A DNA stretch of 39,229 nt. It comes from Myxococcota bacterium (GTDB lineage Bacteria; Myxococcota; JACRCW01). This document shows, piece after piece, positions 32,214 through 39,229 of this stretch (position 1 is its first letter; each line of letters begins with the position of its first letter). Under the pieces are notes generated by a model. The model ran no database searches, was not told the origin of the DNA, and worked only from the letters and a program-made list of their open reading frames with translations. The stretch is taken from the NCBI GenBank assembly GCA_040752415.1, contig JBFMGU010000082.1, positions 1 to 39,229 on the forward strand, in the 5' to 3' direction. A program made the position numbers and the translations under genes.

Positions 32214-32633
32214 TCAGCCCACCGCCTTGGCCAGCGCCACCGGAGGCTCCACGAGCTGGGCGACCAGCCGGACCAGGCGTGAGAGGTCCAGCGGCTTGGA
32301 CATGAACGCGCGCGGATGGGCCCGACACGCCGGCCCGGGCTCCAGGCTGGCCACCGCGGAGATGATCACCACCGGCACCTGCGTGAGCCGCAGGTCCTGC
32401 TGCAGACGCGCGCACACGTCCCACCCCGACAAACGCGGCATCATCAGGTCCAACAGGATGAGCCCGGGCGTGGGATGGCTGCTGAGCCACTGCAGCGCCT
32501 CCACCCCGTCGGCGGCGCTGCGGACCGCGTAGCCTTCCACCTCCAGCACGGCGTGGAGCGTCTCCCGCGCGTCGGGGTCGTCATCAACAACCAGCACGGT
32601 GCCAGGATGTGGTGGGCGCTGAGACATGCACAT
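32214..32633 (-). CDS. Single-domain response regulator (receiver)
   Basis: VLVVDDD, LILLDLMMP, IISA, SKPL; exact start among ATG 32627/32633/32636 uncertain. Confidence 0.88.
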   Translation of the reverse strand: MCMSQRPPHPGTVLVVDDDPDARETLHAVLEVEGYAVRSAADGVEALQWLSSHPTPGLILLDLMMPRLSGWDVCARLQQDLRLTQVPVVIISAVASLEPGPACRAHPRAFMSKPLDLSRLVRLVAQLVEPPVALAKAVG

Positions 32634-32688
32634 CATTTCCCTCGTGGGATCGGTCGCGCGCAAGTTCCGGCCGCCCCAACGGACGTCC

Positions 32689-33054
32689 TCAGCTCGCGGC
32701 CGGCTGCAGTGATGACGTCACCGCCGCCAGCAATCCTTCCATACCAAACGGCTTCTGCAGCCACGTGGCGCCATACACCGCCGCCATGGCCGCCAGGTGG
32801 ACTCCCGCGCTCATCACAATGAGCGGTGTTCCCTGGTAGCGCTCACACTCCCGCACGGTGCGCAGCAGCTCCTGCCCGTCCATCACCGGCATCATCAGGT
32901 CCATCAGGATCAGGTCCGGCTCGCCCAGCAGCGCCCCCAGCGCTTCACGTCCGTTGCGCGCGCCCTGGACCTCGTAACCCTCGTCGCGCAGCAGGTCCAG
33001 GGTTGCCTGCAGGATGGTGGGATCATCGTCCACGACGAGAATCTTCTCCTTCAT
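32689..33054 (-). CDS. Single-domain response regulator (receiver)
   Basis: ILVVDDD, DLILMDLMMPVMDG, VMSA, QKPF. Confidence 0.9.
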   Translation of the reverse strand: MKEKILVVDDDPTILQATLDLLRDEGYEVQGARNGREALGALLGEPDLILMDLMMPVMDGQELLRTVRECERYQGTPLIVMSAGVHLAAMAAVYGATWLQKPFGMEGLLAAVTSSLQPAAS

Positions 33055-33447
33055 CCCGGCCCCCTTCCTCACTCTCCGACGGGATCCCTTCCACGTTAGA
33101 CAACAGCTGAAGCATGCCGGGCCCACTTTTCGTGGATTTTTCGCGGCCCCGTGGGATCCCCGAGCGTTGCGATTCGCCCCACTGCGGCGATTCGTCCAGG
33201 CGCGGAAAATTTACCCGAAACGCATTTCTCGTCGTCATCTCGCGGAGAACCGTTCCCCACCAAACGGACGTTAGGACTAATCCGTTAGGAACAGGTGAGG
33301 GGAGGCTGAAGCCACATCGGGAGCGAGGGGTGGCCAACGTCCGTTCTCCGTCCGGCTCAACGGAAAAAGTCGTTGCATCCGCGTCCCGGGTGACCTAACG
33401 AAGCCCCGGTAAGAACTAAGTCCCTAACTCGCATCGAAGGAGCACGT

Positions 33448-33984
33448 ATGCCTACTGCAGTTGCTACCCGGAAGGCCTCGCGGGAGCTGAACGCCATGGC
33501 GGTGGCGCACCAGGCGCTGGCCAACCTCACCAGCGCGGAGCAGCAGCGCGCCATTCTCTGGTTGATGGATCGCCTCAAGCTCTCACCCAGTGACGTCGGC
33601 GCGGCCGCCACCACGGCCCCGGTGGGACGCGCCGCGCGCGGCAATGGGCACGCCCCGGTCACGTCGGCCACGGCGGCCTGGGTGGCCCAGAAGGGCCCAC
33701 GCACCGACGCTGAGCGCATCACCTGCCTGGCGTACTACCTGGTGCACGAGCACAAGAAGACCGCGTTCCGCACGCGCGACCTCACCCAGCTCAACTCCGC
33801 CGCCGGCCTCTCGCCCTTCACCAACGCGACGGTGGCGGTGGTTTCCGCGGTGAAGAAGGGCCTCCTCAGCCGCGGCCGCGGTGGGGACCTGTCCCTGGCG
33901 CGCAACGGTGACCGCTTCGTGGAGGCGCTGCCCGACCGGGCCCGCGCGCTCCAGGTTGCCGACGTCACCAGCCGCAAGCGCTGA
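33448..33984 (+). CDS. Hypothetical protein, probable C-terminal winged-helix DNA-binding domain
   Basis: AAGGAG RBS; N-terminal helical pair, Ala/Pro linker, basic domain ERITCLAYYL..F.T.DL...AVKKGLL...LSL..G..FVE resembling a helix-wing pattern. Confidence 0.7.
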   Translation: MPTAVATRKASRELNAMAVAHQALANLTSAEQQRAILWLMDRLKLSPSDVGAAATTAPVGRAARGNGHAPVTSATAAWVAQKGPRTDAERITCLAYYLVHEHKKTAFRTRDLTQLNSAAGLSPFTNATVAVVSAVKKGLLSRGRGGDLSLARNGDRFVEALPDRARALQVADVTSRKR

Positions 33985-34126
33985 AGCCCCTCCCCCCAGC
34001 CATCAGCGCAGGACCGCCCTCGTCCTCGACGACCAGGATGCGTCGCCGGGGTGGGCGCTTCACCAGTCGTTCCAGCGTCCGGGGCAGGTGCGCGGTCGCG
34101 CCGCCGACGTGCGGGTTCGCATTCAC
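33965..34126 (-). pseudogene. Probable truncated receiver-domain remnant
   Basis: AGGAG RBS, GTG 34126, reads ...RRRILVVEDE and then loses receiver similarity where it meets the 3' end of the convergent gene. Confidence 0.35.
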
Positions 34127-34228
34127 AACGGGATTCTCCTGGTGGGGACATCGCGTCACGTCGTGAGCGTGGCACCCGGATGTCATCCTTGCGCGCGGGC
34201 GCAACAGACGTCGCCGTGAGCTGGCACG

Positions 34229-35668
34229 TCAGTTGGCCTCTTCGGTGGCGCGGATGGCCTCTCCCAGCGCACCCACCAGGCAACGGTTCTGCTTGGCGCG
34301 TTTTCCCGTCGTGGGGTCGCTCTCAACCTGCGCGGCCCTCAGCGCGGGCAGGGCATCCGGGTCCTTGAGCGAGGCCAGCTTGATGACGGCTTCCCGACGG
34401 TCCGGGCACGGGTGGTCTCCGTTGAGCACTTGCAGCAACACCTCACGCTGCTCCACCCGTCCCAGCTCCCCCATGCTCTCCAGCAGCCCCAGCGACGTGA
34501 GGCGCGCCTCCGCCTCCTCGGTGTTGTCCTTGGCCAGGCGGGCCAGCGCGGGCGCGGCGGCCTTCCCCAGCTTGTTGCGGATGAGCTTGGCGGGGCCGCT
34601 CTCCGGTCCGGCCAGGCAGCTGACCACGTCGTCGTTGAGCTTCTCGTCGGTGGAGAGGTCCGCGTGCTCCTTGAGCGCATCCCTGTAGGCCTGCAGCATG
34701 TCCGCGCATTCACCTTCCACGCTGCTGATGCGGCCCAGGTAGTAGTTGAGCTTCCACTCCGGCCCCACCTTCTGCTGCTCCAGGCGGTCCCACGCGGCGC
34801 CCGCGCCCTTGTGATCGCCCGCGGCCAAGCGGTCCTCCAGCGCGGCGAAGGGATCATTGCGCCACGTGTTCAGCATGCGCACGCCGCCCCACGCCGCCAC
34901 GCCCAGCAGCGCCAGCACCACGCCCGCCGCCGCCACGCGTCCCACGAACCGTCCACCGCCCACGCGGTGCAGGGCGTCCACGGCACGCGCCGCCGCGTCG
35001 GAGGCTGCGGCCAGACCCGCGCGGGCCTGCTCCACCGCCTCACCGCCGCGCGCCGGCTCCAGCTTGCCGCTCCCCGAGGGAACCGCCTGCAACCGGTGCA
35101 GCTGCGTGCCGCCGTAGGGATAGGTGGCGTGGAGCTCACCCGCGGCGGGCCGGGGCGCCAGCTGCTTCACGCGATAGAGCGTCACCGGCTCCGGGATGCC
35201 CTTGAGGCGGTGCGGCCCCAGCGACTCCAGCTCCACCTCGCTGCGTGCCATGGTGAGGAACACGCCTTCCGTGAGCGTGACCTCGCCGCCTTCCGCCACG
35301 TCCTCCACGCGCGCTGCCACGTTCACCGGCTCGCCGATGATGTCGCCCTTCACCACCCGCACCTCGCCAATGTTGACGACGACGCGCACGTTCAGGCGCA
35401 TCAGCGGCGGGCAGCTCTGATTGTGGGCCCACAGCCGGTCCAGGAGCGCGGTGCCGCACAGCACGGCGTCGGTGGGGGAGCGGAAGGTGCAGAGGAACGC
35501 GTCGCCAATCTCCTTGATGACCGTGCCGCCAAACGCGGCGAACGCGGGCTTGAGCAGCCGGGCGTGCGTGTCCAACCACGCCGCGTTCTCCTCGCGCGTC
35601 TGGCGCGCCGTGGCCGCGGTGTAGCCGGCGATGTCGGTGAGGAGGATGGCGAGGTTCTCGGTCTTCAT
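34229..35668 (-). CDS. Class III adenylate/guanylate cyclase with TM segment and C-terminal TPR/HEAT-like helical region
   Basis: ILLTDIAGYT, IKEIGDAF, NIGEV..DIIGEPVNVAARV, LKGIPEPVTLYRV; TM AAAGVVLALLGVAAWGGV. Confidence 0.88.
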   Translation of the reverse strand: MKTENLAILLTDIAGYTAATARQTREENAAWLDTHARLLKPAFAAFGGTVIKEIGDAFLCTFRSPTDAVLCGTALLDRLWAHNQSCPPLMRLNVRVVVNIGEVRVVKGDIIGEPVNVAARVEDVAEGGEVTLTEGVFLTMARSEVELESLGPHRLKGIPEPVTLYRVKQLAPRPAAGELHATYPYGGTQLHRLQAVPSGSGKLEPARGGEAVEQARAGLAAASDAAARAVDALHRVGGGRFVGRVAAAGVVLALLGVAAWGGVRMLNTWRNDPFAALEDRLAAGDHKGAGAAWDRLEQQKVGPEWKLNYYLGRISSVEGECADMLQAYRDALKEHADLSTDEKLNDDVVSCLAGPESGPAKLIRNKLGKAAAPALARLAKDNTEEAEARLTSLGLLESMGELGRVEQREVLLQVLNGDHPCPDRREAVIKLASLKDPDALPALRAAQVESDPTTGKRAKQNRCLVGALGEAIRATEEAN

Positions 35669-35683
35669 TGGGCGGCGGAAGGG

Positions 35684-35845
35684 GTCGGAAGGCCAGAAAA
35701 GGAAGTCAGGAGTCAGAAGTCAGAATGACGACGGAGCGCATCACGAATCGGGCTCTCGCCGGTCCAACGGTCATCAACGTCACCTCCTGCTCCCACCTTC
35801 GCGGAAGACCCTTCTGACTTCTGACTTCTGACTTCTGACTTCCTT
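35684..35845. repeat. Heptamer (GTCAGAA / TTCTGAC) inverted-repeat element, copy 2
   Basis: GGAAGTCAGGAGTCAGAAGTCAGAA (35701-35725) facing (TTCTGAC)x4-TTCC (35812-35843). Confidence 0.85.
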
Positions 35846-35877
35846 CTCCAGGCCCGAAAGGGTTCTTCCCACCGTCC

Positions 35878-36813
35878 TCAGAAATAAACCACCACCGCTC
35901 CCGCCGCGCGCGCGCTCAATCCCACGAAGGGCGGCCGGAGGATGAACTGCGGCAGGATGGTCCCGTACACCACCGGGGAGAGATAGAACTGGAGGCTGAT
36001 GTCCTCCCACCACGACGGAAACCACTCGATCCCCGCCTCCGGCCTCAGGCTGCCCATGCCCGGGAAGCTCGTCAGGTAGAACGCCGCCGCCTGCGGGCTG
36101 AAGCTGTTGAAGGAGATGGCACCGCCCGCCGCGTCGCCCACGCATCCCGTCGAGCCCAGGCTGCCGCCGTTGGGGTCCACCGTCTGCTGGGTGGCCGCGC
36201 AATAGCCCTGGTTGGCGCGGTAGCGACCAATGAAGCCGAACACGTCGATGAACACGTTGAGCGCGGCATTCATGGCCACGTAGGGACGGATGCGCTCGTC
36301 CAGGATGTTCCAGCGGATGCCCGCCTCCGCGTGCGTGAAGAACAACGGGAACATCTTGCCGCCGCCAGCCAGCGTGGGCGCCATCCCCACCAGCCCGCGC
36401 CCCGTCACCACCAGGTTCCTCAGGATTGGCGCCTCGCTGAGGTCCAGCAGCAGGTCACCAATGACGCGCTGGTAGCCCAGGCCGCCGTAGAATCCGTCGC
36501 CCAGGCCGAACCAGTTGTTCTGGCACGGGAAGCCGTACGCACCGCCGGAGAAGCGCTTCTGCTCGGAACAGGTCCAGAACTGCTTGCGGTTGCGCGCGGG
36601 CACCGTGCCCTGCTCCGAGAGATAGTCCCAGGCGTAGCCCGCGCCTTCCGACGCCGCGAAGGCCGTCAGCGTGTACGGCAGGAACTCGTACGTCTCCACG
36701 CCGGCCTCGAAGATGATGCCGTTGTCGCGGTACTGCGCGTGCGCGCGCGGGCTGTAGAGCAGCGCAGCACCAAGCACCACCAGGGAGAGCAAGCGGGCCG
36801 CATTCCGGAGCAT
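35878..36813 (-). CDS. Putative outer-membrane beta-barrel protein
   Basis: Signal peptide ending AHA|Q; Gly/aromatic-rich alternating segments (AGIRWNILDERIRPYV); C-terminal VVVYF beta-signal. Confidence 0.65.
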   Translation of the reverse strand: MLRNAARLLSLVVLGAALLYSPRAHAQYRDNGIIFEAGVETYEFLPYTLTAFAASEGAGYAWDYLSEQGTVPARNRKQFWTCSEQKRFSGGAYGFPCQNNWFGLGDGFYGGLGYQRVIGDLLLDLSEAPILRNLVVTGRGLVGMAPTLAGGGKMFPLFFTHAEAGIRWNILDERIRPYVAMNAALNVFIDVFGFIGRYRANQGYCAATQQTVDPNGGSLGSTGCVGDAAGGAISFNSFSPQAAAFYLTSFPGMGSLRPEAGIEWFPSWWEDISLQFYLSPVVYGTILPQFILRPPFVGLSARAAGAVVVYF

Positions 36814-36967
36814 GCATCCACCGCGCGGCCGCGACCTCACACTTCAAGGCCACCACGAGCCGCCGACTAGGGTTCCTCAGGGGAACAGCGCCGCTCATGC
36901 TCCCCCACACGCCGGGGCCGCCACAAGCCCCTTCTTTGGGGCGCGTCCCGTCGGGGGCCGGCAAAGT

Positions 36968-36996
36968 TTGACACCCCCCCCGGTGGCCCCTAGGCT
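36968..36996 (+). promoter_or_regulatory. Putative sigma70 promoter for the TPR-lipoprotein/FHA operon
   Basis: TTGACA (36968-36973), 17-bp spacer, TAGGCT (36991-36996). Confidence 0.7.
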
Positions 36997-37079
36997 GCCC
37001 CCCGGCGCCCACACTCCGGCCCCGCCGTGACAGGCCCTGCAGATGCACCGGGCTCGCAACCGTAGGACAGGAAACACCC

Positions 37080-38324
37080 ATGGCTGAGCGGACACACCGC
37101 ACCCTGCTGCGCAGCACCTGCCTGGCGCTGGGCTCCCTCCTCCTGGGCCTGGCCACCTCCGGCGCCTCCTGCTTCAACCAGAGCAACGCCAACCACCCGG
37201 AAACGCTCCGTCACCAGCTCGCCTGCAAGGAGTACCTGGAGAAGCAGGACCTGGACGCCGCGGAGACCCGCTGCAAGCTGTGCCTGGAGTATGACCGCAA
37301 CAACCCGGAATGCCTGAACATGATGGGCCAGGTCTGGTACCTGCGCGGCAGCAATGACCAGGCCCGGGACTGGTACAAGCGGGCCATGCGCGCGCGGAAT
37401 GACTTCCCGGAAGCGCGCAACAACATGGGCGTCATCTTCATGGAGCAGGACGCCGACTACAAAGAGGCGGCCACCATGTTCGCCTCCGCCATCAAGATCG
37501 ACCCCGGCTACCAGGACGCACGCTGGAACCTGGCCCTGGCCTACTCCAAGCTCGGCACGGTGGAGTTCGCGGAGGCGCAGCAGAAGCTGGACAAGAAGGG
37601 CGCCAACAAGGTGGACCCGCAGGTCCTGAAGGCCACCTTCGCCGACGCGGAGGACTACTACGGCAAGGCGGATGACCAGCTCCGTCGCGTCTTTGAGCTC
37701 AACCCCAAGCACTTCAAGGCCTACGGCCTCATGGGCTTCATCGAGCTGCAGCGCGCCGCGTACGCGCCCACGCAGAATGTGCAGCGTCGCAACTTCGAGC
37801 GCAGCCAGGACATGAGCATGCGCTGCGTGGAGCTGGCGCCGGTGGACAAGCCGGAGGCGGTGCAGTGTCGCGGGAACCTGGGCTACGTGCTGGAGCAGCT
37901 GGGCCAGTGCGACCAGGCCATGCTCCACTGGATGAGCTGCCTGGCGTTGGCGCCCAAGGAGCCGGAGTGCCAGCGCGGCCTCAACCGTGCCTACACCTGT
38001 GACATCACCCGCAGCGGCGCGCTCAAGAAGTACATCGAGCAGGTGTCCGGCAACCCCGGCTACGCGCCCGGCCACTTCAACCTGTGCGTGGCGGCGTTCG
38101 AGGCCAACCTCCCGGACATTGGCGCGGCCTCGTGCGAGAACGCCATCCAGCTGGACAAGAACCTGTGCCTGGCGCACTACCAGCTGGGCAAGCACTACCG
38201 GAACGTGCTCAACCAGGAAAAAGCCATTGGCTACTGCAAGAGCTTCATTTCCTGCACCGGCACCCAGAACCCGGCGGAGATCCAGGAGTGCAAGGACCTG
38301 ATTGCCGCCCTGGAAGTGCAGTAG
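37080..38324 (+). CDS. Cys-rich TPR lipoprotein (pilotin-like)
   Basis: Signal peptide with lipobox-like GASC; multiple TPR motifs (ARNNMGVIF, A..IDPGY.DARWNLALAY, AHYQLG); many Cys. Confidence 0.8.
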   Translation: MAERTHRTLLRSTCLALGSLLLGLATSGASCFNQSNANHPETLRHQLACKEYLEKQDLDAAETRCKLCLEYDRNNPECLNMMGQVWYLRGSNDQARDWYKRAMRARNDFPEARNNMGVIFMEQDADYKEAATMFASAIKIDPGYQDARWNLALAYSKLGTVEFAEAQQKLDKKGANKVDPQVLKATFADAEDYYGKADDQLRRVFELNPKHFKAYGLMGFIELQRAAYAPTQNVQRRNFERSQDMSMRCVELAPVDKPEAVQCRGNLGYVLEQLGQCDQAMLHWMSCLALAPKEPECQRGLNRAYTCDITRSGALKKYIEQVSGNPGYAPGHFNLCVAAFEANLPDIGAASCENAIQLDKNLCLAHYQLGKHYRNVLNQEKAIGYCKSFISCTGTQNPAEIQECKDLIAALEVQ

Positions 38325-38363
38325 GTCGCTGGCGCGCCCGCGCTGCGTGAGAAGGAACGGACC

Positions 38364-39229
38364 GTGCCCATCAAGCTCAACGTCAGGATGGAGATGCCTG
38401 GCAAGGAGCCCAAGGAATTCAACTATGAATTCGACCAGGACATGGTCACGCTGGGGCGCGACTCCAACAATGACATCCAGATCCCGCTGACCACCGTCTC
38501 CCGCAACCACGCCAAGATCCTCAAGGAAGGCAGCGACTGGTTCCTGGAGGATCTCAAGAGCACCCACGGCACCGTGCACAACGGCAAGCCCGTGGGCAGC
38601 GGCGGCAAGAAGCTCTTGCGCAACGGAGACACCATCGAGCTGATGCACTTCCGCATCGGCTTCGAGAGCCTGGGCGACAAGCAGCTGGAGATTGGCCAGT
38701 CCGAGCGCACCGAGATGCTGGCGCGTCGCATGGTGCAGGAGGTGCTCTCCTCCATTGGCAAGAGCAATGAGCACCCCTACCTGCGCGTGATGAACGGCCC
38801 GGAGGAAGGCAAGCGCTTCGAGCTGGCGGAGGGCGTGGGGGAGGTGGTCATCGGCCGCGCCACCGAGTGCGACTTTGCCATCAACGACGCCAACATCTCC
38901 CGTCGTCACGCGCTGGTGCGCAAGGACTGGTCGGGCATCACCGTGGAGGACCTGGGCAGCAAGAATGGCGTGCTGGTCAATGACAAGAAGATCGAGAAGG
39001 CCCACCCGCTCAAGGACAGCGACGAGATCAGCCTGGGAGCGGTGAAGCTGGTGTTCATCGACCCCACCGCCAGCATCCTGGGCAAGCTGGATGACCTCCC
39101 CGTGTTCCAGGAGCAGGTGAGCACCAACGCCGGCCAGGAGGAAGAGGAGCAGCCGGCCGAGGAGCAACCCGCGGAGGCCCCGCCCGAGGAGCAACCCGCC
39201 GCGGAGGCCGCACCCGCCGAGGGTGGCGG
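38364..39229 (+). CDS. Dual FHA-domain protein (3' end beyond the window)
   Basis: Absent from the ORF track because it is open-ended; AAGGA RBS + GTG 38364; translates to TLGRD..VSRNHA..LEDLKSTHGT..NG and VIGRA..ISRRHA..VEDLGSKNGV.VN, then an acidic Glu/Pro/Ala linker. Confidence 0.9.
   Translation, partial: MPIKLNVRMEMPGKEPKEFNYEFDQDMVTLGRDSNNDIQIPLTTVSRNHAKILKEGSDWFLEDLKSTHGTVHNGKPVGSGGKKLLRNGDTIELMHFRIGFESLGDKQLEIGQSERTEMLARRMVQEVLSSIGKSNEHPYLRVMNGPEEGKRFELAEGVGEVVIGRATECDFAINDANISRRHALVRKDWSGITVEDLGSKNGVLVNDKKIEKAHPLKDSDEISLGAVKLVFIDPTASILGKLDDLPVFQEQVSTNAGQEEEEQPAEEQPAEAPPEEQPAAEAAPAEGG

Noticed and set aside
36974..36981. C8 tract in the promoter spacer as a phase-variation switch
   Set aside because: The tract is short for slippage and unremarkable in GC-rich DNA; would need read-level length variation

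Overview
GC-rich (roughly 70% by eye) bacterial chromosomal DNA, most likely Myxococcota, judged from a MYXO-CTERM-like sorting tail, a Cys/Asp-rich repeat surface protein and a TPR-lipoprotein/FHA pair. Left to right: (1) a sulfate-assimilation/siroheme operon (TSUP permease, cysH, cysC, sirC-like, cobA, sulfite/nitrite reductase); (2) ppc, an SRPBCC protein, an FprA-type ferredoxin reductase and carB; (3) a ~690-bp intergenic region made of two abutting giant palindromic elements; (4) a menaquinone cluster (menG/ubiE and DAHP synthase, divergent from menFDHBAE; thioesterase, divergent from polyprenyl synthase; GbsR/MarR regulator) with no menC; (5) Uma2, MlaD and a large surface protein; (6) a signalling patch (degenerate histidine kinase, orphan KaiB-fold protein, two receiver proteins, a probable receiver remnant, a wHTH-like protein, a class III cyclase); (7) an outer-membrane protein divergent from a TPR lipoprotein and a dual-FHA protein that runs off the window. 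The strongest new signals are an identical 19-bp sequence with a perfect inverted repeat in both divergent promoter regions of the menaquinone cluster, a candidate operator for the co-encoded GbsR-type regulator, and a dispersed ~110-nt structured repeat with a fixed scaffold and a variable 27-29-nt loop. All assignments were made by eye from motifs; no searches were run.
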